Assembly: GCA_963693365.1 (NCBI GenBank)
Contig: CAVNZM010000003.1
Coordinates: forward strand, 3,047,106 to 3,111,105
Direction of reading: 5' to 3'
Source of the DNA: Amoebidium appalachense
Lineage: Eukaryota; Protista; Ichthyosporea
DNA length: 64,000 bases
Numbering within the stretch: the first letter of the stretch is position 1; the number at the start of each line of letters is the position of its first letter. The notes below the pieces were generated by a model that made no database searches, had not been told where the DNA came from, and saw only the letters and a list, made by a program, of their open reading frames with translations. Shown here in pieces: positions 10,434-32,853 of the stretch. The position numbers were made by a program, and so were the translations under genes.

Positions 10434-12398
10434 AACAACAAAATGCTCGGGCTTGCATGGTGCTTGTCACGTGGCCCTACCCTGCAGCCCGAGAACACCC
10501 ACTAAGGACTATGCTCGCACTATGCTTACCTTGCAGGCCATATCATACACACTATGGCGTATCATACACACTATGGCATATCATACACACTATGGCATAT
10601 CATACGCACTATGGCATATCATATACTATGGCATATCATACGCACTATGGCATATCATACGCACTATGGCATATCATATGTACTATGGCATATCATACGC
10701 ACTATGGCATATCATACACACTATGGCATATCATATGTACTATGGCATATCATACCCACTATGGGCTATGCTCGCATTATGCTCAACACCCAGGCAATAC
10801 CCACTATGGACTATGCTTGCATTATGCTCAACACCCAGGCAATACCCACTATGGACTATGCTTCCATTATGCTCAACACCCAGGCAATACCCACTATGGA
10901 CTATGCTCGCATAATGCTCAACACCCAGGCAATACCCACTATGGACTAGGCTTGCACTATGCTCAACACCCAGGCACTACCCACTATGGACTATGCTTGC
11001 ATTATGCTCAACACCCAGGCAATACCCACTATGGACTATGCTTGCATTATGCTCAACACCCAGGCAATACCCACTATGGACTATGCTTGCACTATGCTCA
11101 CCTCGCAGGCCATGACGTCCATCATGTCCACCACCTGGCCGGGCTCACACGTGGCCTCCCCATTCTCTGCTGCCGCACCACACAGTCAGCCACCCTTGCA
11201 GCACACAGCACATACCCTTCCCCTGCCCCGCCTATTCCCCTTCCCCGGTGCAGATATTGCACGCATAGTCAAGACCATGCAGCTAGGCTACACTGGGTGT
11301 GCCAGGGCAGTGGTTAATCTCTTAGATCACTCTAGTCGGGCACAGGCACGGCACAAAGCAAAAAGTCAGCACCAGCCCAAGGTCGTGTATGGGTTTTTAT
11401 AGCAAGGAGCCCATACAGCGTGCATGCAAACCCACACAAACCGGGGTGAGCTGGGCACCAGTTAGGCTAGAGGCACATACTCGGGGTTTTCCGAACTAAT
11501 TTTTGTCTACTTACTTTAAATGCAAAAGGCAACTGGAAAAATGAAGTAGGAGCAGGCACCACACACAAGAACTGTGTGTTTCTCTTCTCACCCCTGACAT
11601 GGGTACGCATTATTGATGCGTGTGTTGGTGCAGTGTGCAGCGAGGAGTGGACACACAACACAAGTGGAATTGGTAGGCTGATAGGGAAGGTGTGTGGCAT
11701 AGAGGTAAGACACACGAGAACTGTGTGTTTCTCTTCTCACCCCTGACAAGGGTACGCATTATTGATGCGTGTATTGGTGCAGTGAGCAGCGAGGAGTGGA
11801 CACACAACGCAAGTGGAAGTGGTAGGCTGATAGGGAAGGTGTGTGGCATAGAGGTAAGACACACGAGAACTGTGTGTTTCTCTTCTCACCCCTGACATGG
11901 GTACGCATTATTGATGCGTGTGTTGGTGCAGTGTGCAGCGATGAGTGGACACACAACGCAAGTGGAAGTGGTAGGCTGATAGGGAAGGTGTGTGGCATAG
12001 AGGTAAGGCTGAAAGGAAAAACGATTATCAAGCAGGGATGATGTGTGGTTTGCTCAAAAGCAACAAGCATCGAGAAAGAAAGACACAAATAAAAAGTCAA
12101 ATAGCATGGCTGCGTATGTGGAAATACAGGCAGACGCAGGGTCATATGGTTGGGGAGAAGGCAGTTGCACAAAATGGGCAAACACTATCAAAACATTTAT
12201 AATATAGTTATGCATACGACTTCGCAGCTCCTATTGAACTCACCAGGCACACCCAGCGCCTGCCCCACCACGAGCAACGCACACACCTGGCTTGCTCGAG
12301 CGACTCTTCTTTCGGGCCCACACCACGCCTGCGGCCTTGTCGTCCGGGCTGGTGTTACCCAGCCGGACCCTGCCCCTGTACTGCCGTGGCGGGGTCAT
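9185..12398 (-). CDS. ETAA1-like putative ATR activator / RPA-binding protein
   Basis: Exons ~12398-12287, 11170-11101, 10317-10166 and 9830-9185 join in frame: MTPPRQ...TSPDDKAAGVVWARKKS...QVVDMMDVMA...QLLHLWLGGE...NPLQELLAHL...EMDDWADLDDIVASM...CSQEMLLAIKKKRAAALRRK*. The motif order matches remembered ETAA1. The start codon is uncertain. Confidence 0.65.
10497..11112. repeat. Compound intronic tandem array: 19/16-bp units (10540-10755) plus 45-bp units (10756-11112) derived from the exon/5' splice-site junction
   Basis: CTATGGCATATCATACACA repeats are followed by 7 copies of CCCACTATGGACTATGCTTGCATTATGCTCAACACCCAGGCAATA. These run in register into the real donor at ~11100. Confidence 0.9.
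11561..12007. repeat. 149-bp unit x3 tandem repeat in ETAA1-like intron 1
   Basis: ACTGTGTGTTTCTCTTCTCACCCCTGACA recurs at 11571, 11720 and 11869, and the copies are near-identical. Confidence 0.93.
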
Positions 12399-13297
12399 AT
12401 AGCCTCTGCCTGCTGCGCCGTATCTTTGGCCACTGCGCAAGCGGGGGTGGCCTGCGTGGTGGGTGGCCGTGGACTGTGGGGCATACCGCAAGCGCCCCAC
12501 GAGGTGCCAGCTACGCCTGCAGAGGTCTTACACAGTGCTGGTATCTGCAGGCCGTCTTGCGGAGCAAAGTTCTGAGCTACTTTCTCAATCTGCTTACTTG
12601 TGGCTTCCGAAATACTTCTTAAACTGCCTATTTTCTGCTGCAAAACCACTCTCTGCCCTCCCTGTGGCTATATATATGCGTGCGTGCTGCTGCGTGCACA
12701 CTGTTGGTGCTGTGCAGTGGGTGGTGGGCTGTGCAGTCACCAGGCTTATGCTTCGCTATCGGTGTTATGCGTTGCAGCGTGCAGGGCTCGGTTACAGCGT
12801 GTGTTATATTAGCTTGGGGGTGCACATAGAGTCTAGGTTAACAAAATGCATGCTACGTATATAGACAGGTATAAGGCAAAATAATACCGTGAAACTTTAT
12901 ATGCACACACCTCTCTGTTAGCTCCAGCGGACCAGCCTGCAAAGTTTGAATCGGCCGGGCAACAGCCGCAGCCAATGGCATATTGGGTCATTCGGCTTGA
13001 CCCGGTTATGACCCGATGGGCTCTGGCCCGTGTCTAGGGATCACGTAACACCCCCCCTGTACAGGCCCCGGTCATTTTCGTGAAGTCCCTCACAGAACTT
13101 GTGACAAACATTCTCGAGTCACCCACCTATTCTACTCTTCCTCCCTTCCACCGCGCACACCGACTGCACCGTGACGCCTTTGGGACGTACCAGCTCACCA
13201 GTCCACCAAGCAGCACCCGACCCTGCGTGTTACTAGCGCTGTACCCACGCCCCCACTGCACCAGCCACCAGGGCACCCCTCGTCAACTGCAGCCACC

Positions 13298-15075
13298 ATG
13301 GTGCGTACACGTGCCCTTACAGGTCCTAGTGTGCCACAGCGCTGACCCCCCTTCCCCCTGCAGCCACACACGCTGCTGTTCCTGCAGCTCAACCAGGACG
13401 ACAAGAGCAAGACATGGGGCGACTACGACAACCTGCCTGATGCTCTGGACGGTACGCAGGGGAAAGGGGGGGGGGGAAGAGGTGAGGGGGGGGTTGGAGG
13501 GGGGGGGGGGGGGGAGGAGGGGCTGTTGCTGTGTTGCTCCTGCGTACAACATTGTGAGCCTGTTCTTTCCAATTTGCGGCGGTAGAGATGGTTTTCCTGT
13601 CGTGCATGCCTTCGTGCTTGCACAGATTCGACTTCCTCCAGGCAACCACACAGCCAGCCCACAACACAATTTATCTTGACACTCATGCTCACATATACAC
13701 GTTACTATGCACTCGCGCAAAAATTTGCCGATACCAGCACAACCACATACATATAAACTTCAGCCCCCCTCCCTCTCTCCCCCCCCCCCACACACACACC
13801 GGAGAGTTTAAGAAAGGGATCTATCGGTATTACCTTATCAAGCACAGAACACAAGGGCAGATTTGTACCTACCATCGCATAAACAGAAGTGGAAGCACAA
13901 CGCATTTACCCCCCCACCCCCACCCTCACTTGTATTGATGCACATACATTAAACCACCTTCGCACTCCCCCCCCCCCCCCCCTTCCTCCCCCCTCCCTCT
14001 CCCTCCTTCTCCATAACCAAAGTTGGAAACACGTTACACACTCCCCCTTTGACACGAAACCGTTTTCATCTGTGAAGTACATGTTAAGAGCAAACCTCCC
14101 AGTGCATTGCATCTGATTTATGTGCACACCACACACTTGCATCCACAACACACCTCAGCAGCGGTAAGGTCGCAGGCATAAGCTGGCATACACACAAACA
14201 CAGCACCAACAAGACACACATGAACCCACTGGGTGTGCATGTTCCCTCAGCATATTTGTGCCTCCTGCTTGCTCCACACTCCAGCTGCACGGCCACACGT
14301 AGTATGGCAGGGCACACAGTCATGTGGCCTGGTGCCTGCATGGAGGTTGGCGCACTGACCGGGTCTGTGTGGGTGGCAGGCATGTTGAGAATACACGAGC
14401 AGGTGCTGAAGAAGCTGCACCCAGGGTAGGTGCTCCCTGCATGCACACTGTGGGCGGGAGGGGGTGGGGGGGGGGGGGGGGGGGGAGGGGGGGGGGGGGA
14501 AGATTGCAGGCAGGCAGGTTGTAACTGTTGTACAGGGCGCAGGAGATCCAGTACGACTACAGGGACCTGTGCCGGTTCATCGACGAGCTGAAGGAGTTCG
14601 GCTGCCTCATGTATGCCCGCCTGCGTGCCTGTACCGTGCACACCATGCTGGCACCCTCATCCCCCTCCCACTGCTCACTCTGTCCACTGTGCCTGGTGTC
14701 CCTCCCCACCGTGTTGACTGTCTTGTCACACAGTCTCTTGGAGTGTTAAACACTAGCATAATGCACCCAGGAGAGGGCACAGGCGCACAAATGGATACGG
14801 ACACGCACGCTCGCTTGCAGATTCATTCTCTGCATACACAAACACACTGGGTCGCGTGTTACACCCACACTATGCACAAACAAAGAGGGCAAAAAAAAAC
14901 GACTGCACGTCCATCGACACGCACACGTGCCCATAAGCAGAGACAGGCGTTCAGAAGGGCATGAGCCCACAATACAGAGACCAGCCCACGCTTGCAGACA
15001 CGCACAAGCATCATTATCCACGTACTGAAAAATGGGTTGGGTTGGTGTTTTTTTTTTTGGTGGGTTGGTGGGGGT

Positions 15076-15110
<35 letters not shown>

Positions 15111-15620
15111 GGGGGGCGTTCATGTGTCTCTGTCTCCCCCCCCCCCCCCCCCCCCCCCCCCCTGCCCACCCACCCACAAATGTAGACACGCAGTATTGCA
15201 CATACAGACAAACTTACACACACACCACCCGCTTGGATTTGCTGTAATGATTTTGCCACCCTCTCCCCATGGCAAGCTAATAGGGCAGGTTTATGGCCCC
15301 ACACACATACAAGCCTGTGTGGCTACTGACTGGGCTCATACAGATACGACCCCAAGATCCTGGCATACACCCCACACGACAAGGTGAGCATGCATGTGTT
15401 TTTTTTGCCCCCTTCTGTTCTTTCAGGTTCGGCTCTATATTTATAAGCCCCATGCTGTCATGAAGCTGTGTGCAGGGCCCTCTCTTTCATATGTACACAC
15501 GGGGCCAGCCCGTGGGGGCCATGGGTGGAACATGGCTGCATGGTGGGTGCTGACACGTGGGGGCAGAAATGGCTCAAGGACGAACTCAAGGCCCACCTCA
15601 AGAAGCTGTCCCAGCAATAG
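13298..15620 (+). CDS. ERH: Enhancer of rudimentary homolog
   Basis: An ATG-only first coding exon is followed by PHTLLFLQLNQDDKSKTWGDYDNLPDALDG / MLRIHEQVLKKLHPG / AQEIQYDYRDLCRFIDELKEFGCL / IYDPKILAYTPHDK / KWLKDELKAHLKKLSQQ*. The ~100 aa product is colinear with ERH. Confidence 0.92.
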
Positions 15621-15643
15621 CACCAGGTGCATGCATGCACAGG

Positions 15644-16019
15644 TTATGTGTCCCCCTCTGCCTCGTGCAGCTGCCTCTCCATGTTCTGGATCAGCCGGGC
15701 AGTGGCCCCCAGTTTCTGCTCTGTGAGCTCCCGGGCTGCAAGCCGCTGCAGTGGCTGTCAGACCACTCACCATGCCCAGCCACCAACACCCACACCATCC
15801 AAGCTGAATAAAAAAACCAATAGTGCAGGAAAGAGCACGCACACCAGTCCTCCTTGTAATGACCATGTCTGCCCGTGTATGCACGTGCACATGTTGATTT
15901 AACCCCATCACACCACTCCCCATGCCCCACCCAACTCCCCCCCTCCCAGCTGCAATCAAGTAAAGCACCATATCGACTAGTGCTAGTTTATGTGTCTCAC
16001 CTCCAAGAGCACCAGAATA

Positions 16020-16071
<52 letters not shown>

Positions 16072-16116
16072 AAAAACTCCCCCCCTCCCCCCCCCCCCCC
16101 AACAAAAAAAAAAAAG

Positions 16117-16175
<59 letters not shown>

Positions 16176-17660
16176 GTGTCAGGGCCACCTCCTCCCTTCT
16201 CCTTCTGTCCTCAGGGGGGTCAGCCAGGTCTTCCAGCAACCATAGGCCCTGCAGCAGCAGCCCAGCCACGGCCCCCACCCCCGTGCCCAGTGCCAGGCCC
16301 CTCACCCCCTGCTGCAGGCCCCCAGTGACCCCCCACAGCCCCCCTGCAAGCACACCGTCACTGTGGGCCACCCTGCCGTGCCACCTGGCCAATGCACACA
16401 CCCAGCAGGGCACAGACCCAGAGGGCTTACCGTAGCAGCCTATGGCATGTCATATATGGGCACAAAGACAAACAAGGTTTATATATTGCAACATGACGAC
16501 CCTGCACCACACCCACACACAGACAGAAACCACACACATATACCACGCCCTGGCACACAAACAGATATAGTACACATATACAACACCCACACACACAGAC
16601 AGATATATTACACAGATACCACACCCACACACACAGACAGATACCACACACAGATACAACATCCCCCCCCCACATAGACACCACACACACACACGCACAG
16701 ACACCACACACATAGACACCACACCCACACCCACACACAAACACCACATATACACACACAGACACCACACACACATCCAGACACCACATCACACAGGCAG
16801 GCCACGCACCAGCCAGGGTGCCAGCCGGCAGCACGTTGAGCAAGTCTCTCTTCTGGCGGTACACCTGCAGGCCCAGCTGTGTGGCCGTGAACAGGCCCAC
16901 AAACCCCGCCAGCTTGAAGCACCTGCACGTGAATCCCTCAGCCCCTGTCCCTGCCTGCAAACTCATTCCCCCCCCCCCCCCCCCCTTCCCCTGCGCCTCC
17001 CCCCCCCCCCACACAGAAGCATGTGCGTGTCTGCAAGCCCCATCCCCCTCCCCCCTCCCCGCCTCCTTCCCTCCCAAGTGCCTGCAGGCTCACACATCCT
17101 TCCGAGCAGCCTCCGCATGCCTGCATTGTCCCCCCCCCCCCCCCCTCCTCCTCTCTCCTCTTCTCCCCTTTGTGCCTACCTGCTAGCTCAATCCTCCCCC
17201 CCACCCTCCCTCTCCCTCCAGCAACCTGTTTGTGCCTGTAGGCTCACATGCACTGAAGAAATTCGAAAACAACATGCCAAGAGTTTGGTCTCCTCTGCAA
17301 CACAAAGAAACCGCCTGATCTTTTCATCCTGGCACACCAACATACCCCTCCCACCACCTACCCTCAAAGCGGGTTGCCTTCCATCCAGCAACATAACCAG
17401 CCAGCCTATATCCCCCACCTCCTGTATATCCAAAAGCCCTCTCCCCTTCCCCACACACACACACACACACACGCTACGGCCACCCAATACTCATATTATG
17501 CCCTACCCCGGCCACCACCACCACCCTGCCTACTGCAGCCCCACCCAGGGCACCCACCACTTGCCGCCGTGCCGGAAGAAGCCTAGCGTAGACGCATAGT
17601 TGAGCTCCCGCTGAGGGCACAGTCAGTAACCAATTCAAGGTACACAAGGGGGCAGGGGAG

Positions 17661-17691
<31 letters not shown>

Positions 17692-18883
17692 TCCAACAGC
17701 CCGGTTTGTGGCCTTGTAGACATCTACGGCTGCCAGTATGCGGCAAAGTGTGTGCTTCCATATCTCTAAGTGTGCACGTGAGACCCGAGGCAGTGCATAG
17801 ACGGGAGAAAGAAGGGCTATGTCAGCATAAGGGAGCAAGAAGGACCCACCTGCGCCGTCTGGGGGCTGGCAAAGACCGTGTCCTTGTTGGCGGCCATAAA
17901 CTTGTCGGCATACTGCCGGGCACCCACCAGGCCCCCAAAGAACAGCCCAAACAGCCTGCAGCCCAAAGTCAGACAACACACCCAAGTCACTGTCTCAGCA
18001 TGCACAGCTGTGTGTGTGTGTAAGGAGTGCAAGTGTGCATATTCGTGGGATTGTGATCTTGTGTTGGCATGGGTGTTTGTGCCTGTGGGTGTGCGTGTGG
18101 GAGTGAGTGCGCGAGTGTGTGTGTGTGTGCGTGTGGGTGCGTGTGGGTGCCTGTGGCTGTGTGTGTAGGTGTGCGTGTGGGTGCCTGTGGGTGTGCGTGT
18201 GGTTGCCTGTGGGTGTGTGTGTGGGCGTCTGTGGGTGTACGTGTGGGTGTGCGTGTGGGTGCCTGTGGGTGTGCGTGTGGGTGCCTGTGGGTGTGCGTGT
18301 GGGCGTCTGTGGGTGTACGTGTGGGTGTGCGTGTGGGTGCCTGTGGGTATGCGTGTGGGTGTCCCTGTGTTCATCGACTGGTGCCCATACACAGCCACAT
18401 AGGGAACACAGGCACACACGCGGCTGCGTACCCGCTGTAGAGCATGTTGTTGCCCAGCTGGCGCAGCTCAGGGGGGGGCTCCGTGCGCTTGAGGCCGTGC
18501 TCGTCGACCTCCGACAGCAGCACCCTGACCCGCCCCACAAACCGCTCCTGTCCTCATCCTCTAATCAGCAGCCAGCACTGGTGAATGTTTGCAACAGTTA
18601 TCCCTCCGTCCTACCCCACCTCTTCCCCCTTAACATCAACCAGACTGCAACGCACTTATCACTCTACCCTCCCCTCCCTCCCCTCCTCTTCCCCAAACCC
18701 CAGCCCTCCCCCTGCCTGCTCCTTCCCAGAGCCCAAAAAGTAAACTGCACATGCTTTGATCGATCACTCGAACTTCAGTCCCCCCCGCCCCACTCCTCAC
18801 CCTCCAAGAAAAGGAAAAAAAAAAACAAAACGCCTTCCCACCCCCACCAACTCTTCCTGTCTCGCACCCACCCACTCAGCCAT
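15644..18883 (-). CDS. Tim17-family complex I assembly factor, TIMMDC1-like
   Basis: Exons give MAEW/ERFVGRVRVLL...LFGLFFGGLVGARQYADKFMAANKDTVF...RELNYASTLGFFRHGGKW/CFKLAGFVGLFTATQLGLQVYRQKRDLLNVLPAGTLAG/GLWGVTGGLQQGVRGLALGTGVGAVAG.../RLAARELTEQ...EAEGDT*. Gly-rich TM helices as in the Tim17 family. Confidence 0.78.
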
Positions 18884-19644
18884 CTTGCTCCCTGCAACCG
18901 TTGCCGCTGCGCCACGCTATGGCCCCCACCACTCGCGCAGCCACAGCCGAAGTTCAGGCGAGCCCCTGAAGTCTGCAGGCAGCTGGGTGGGTGTTAGGGT
19001 GGCCGTATGCACACTTCAAGTGTCCAGTGTTTTCACGTGTGCCTGCAGTGCCTGACGGCCTACGAGACGGAGCGTGTGTGTGTGCGTACGGTGTTCCTGT
19101 CCGGTGTCCGGTGTTACGGTTGTGACGTGGAGCTGCTGTGTGGCGATTACGTAGTCGCTGGGTGTGCACTGCGGGCCGACCCGCATTGGCTGTGGCTCAG
19201 CGCCCCAGGCAAATCGCACACCCCCACAAATTTTTTGGGCGCTTCAAAGAGGCTAGGGAGTTTTAAAACTTGAACAGGCACACTAAGTTGTAGGTTGAGA
19301 GGCAAGAAACAAATACACGCCAGTGTACAGGACAGACACACCGCAGCACAGCACGTGGGTGCAGCAGGCAGATCTACTGGGCCACAGTGGCCCTTTGGCT
19401 CAGCTGTTTGGCCGCACACGCTATAACACGGCACACACTGCCCAGAGGGCACACACAGCAAGGTATGTGCAGCGGTGTTGGTTGATGCGGGAGCAGGATG
19501 CTGGCTTGTGTGTTTGTGTGTTTATGGACGCATGGAAATACGCAAGGCGCCATGTATGTTTGCAAGCTTGCAGGCTTGTGCGCTCTGATGTGGAGCATGG
19601 ACGCATGTTTGCTTGCCTGTGTGTGTGCGTGGATGCGCGCGTGT

Positions 19645-19695
<51 letters not shown>

Positions 19696-20403
19696 TGTGT
19701 GTGTGTCTGCTTTTGTGTTTTGTGTGTGCTTCTCCTCTTGCTTATGTGTATGCATGTCTTTGTACACGTGCATTCGGGGATCCGATGCTCCTGCTGGGTG
19801 GCTGTGTGTGTGTGTACTTGTTTCCGTTTTTTAAGTGTGTTTTGGCCTGTTTTTGCATTGAGTGCGTACAGGCAGGCACATACTTGTCTCAACATCAGGC
19901 GTGTGCTGGGAGTCTGTGTGTGGCTGAGATTTTGTTTGTTGTGTGCTTGCTACGTCCTTACGTGCCTGTGCCTGTGTGTGTCTGCGCTTCTGTGTCTGCT
20001 CACGTGTATAAATGGTGTGTGGGTGTGTGAGGGTGTGTGTCCGTATGGATTGGTTGAGGGAGGGGTAGAAGGTGGGAGAGATAGTTGAAACACTGGGTGA
20101 CCTAAAAACGTGCGAGTGCTCCGTAAGTATGGATCAGGAATCTGTGCCCATGTCTGACTGTGTCATGTGTGCATGGCATTTTTTCCCGTTGGCGTCGGCA
20201 GGCTGAAGGGGGGGGGGGGGGGGGGGGGGAGGAGAGGAGGAGGAGGAGGAGGGGAGGGGGGAGGTGGGCGGGCAAAGGGAAGGGCGAGGGGAACAAGGGT
20301 TAGGGAGGAGAGAAGGGGACAAGGGGGTCGAGAGGGGAGGGAGGACTGGAAGGCTCGAGTAAGCTGGGGCCGGCTGGCTGGGTGGATGGTGACTGTTAGG
20401 CAG

Positions 20404-32036
<11,633 letters not shown>

Positions 32037-32853
32037 TGGCCCACACAACACACACACACACGTGCACACACATACATACACCTGCGTATACGGCTGCTGC
32101 GTGGCTGGCCCCGCGGCCCCATACTTAGTATTATAGTTATGGATTGCATGGGCCATGTATGGCTGCTGGCAGCCAGGCAACGGCCCAATCAGTGACATTA
32201 ATTAAATATATATATTGTTGAAAAAGGAAGTGGTTGACTCCGCTACCGGTCAGACAAGAGGCAACCAATGTGCTCCATGGACTGACATCGCCTGATGTAC
32301 ATGTGGGGTGTAGTGAGGCAGGAATGTGTCGTGCAGTTACACGCACACATAGTCCATACAATAAATACTGCATGTATGGCACAAAAAAAAAGGAGTGATT
32401 GGCACCTTTGCGCCTACTAAGCAAAACGTCAAAGCTTGTTTATTTATCCTCACCGAGTCGCAATAATTATAAGAGGAACGGTTGAATTGGTAAATTAAAT
32501 TTTTGTGAGGGGTCAATATTGGCAACTGCATGCCACGCCTTTGAGGGGAACCACTTCACAGCTAATTTTAGGATCATTGTCTTGCCAGGAATAAAATTTA
32601 TCAGTTCAGCAATCAACATGTTGCATCATTACCACTAGAGGTACCCTCCCATCTTGTACGATCACATGGCAGACCCCATGCATATGGCCCAGCAGCAGCC
32701 GCCATTACGTGTTTGCAGGCAGCCCCCAGCACGTTGTTATTTCGAACACCTCTTACTTCGTTAGCACTGGGCCGGCACTGATGGTGCCTGGCCTCCATCC
32801 TCCATGCACCCACCCTGCCCTGGCCTGTGGGCCATGCACCCCTCCATGGTCTG

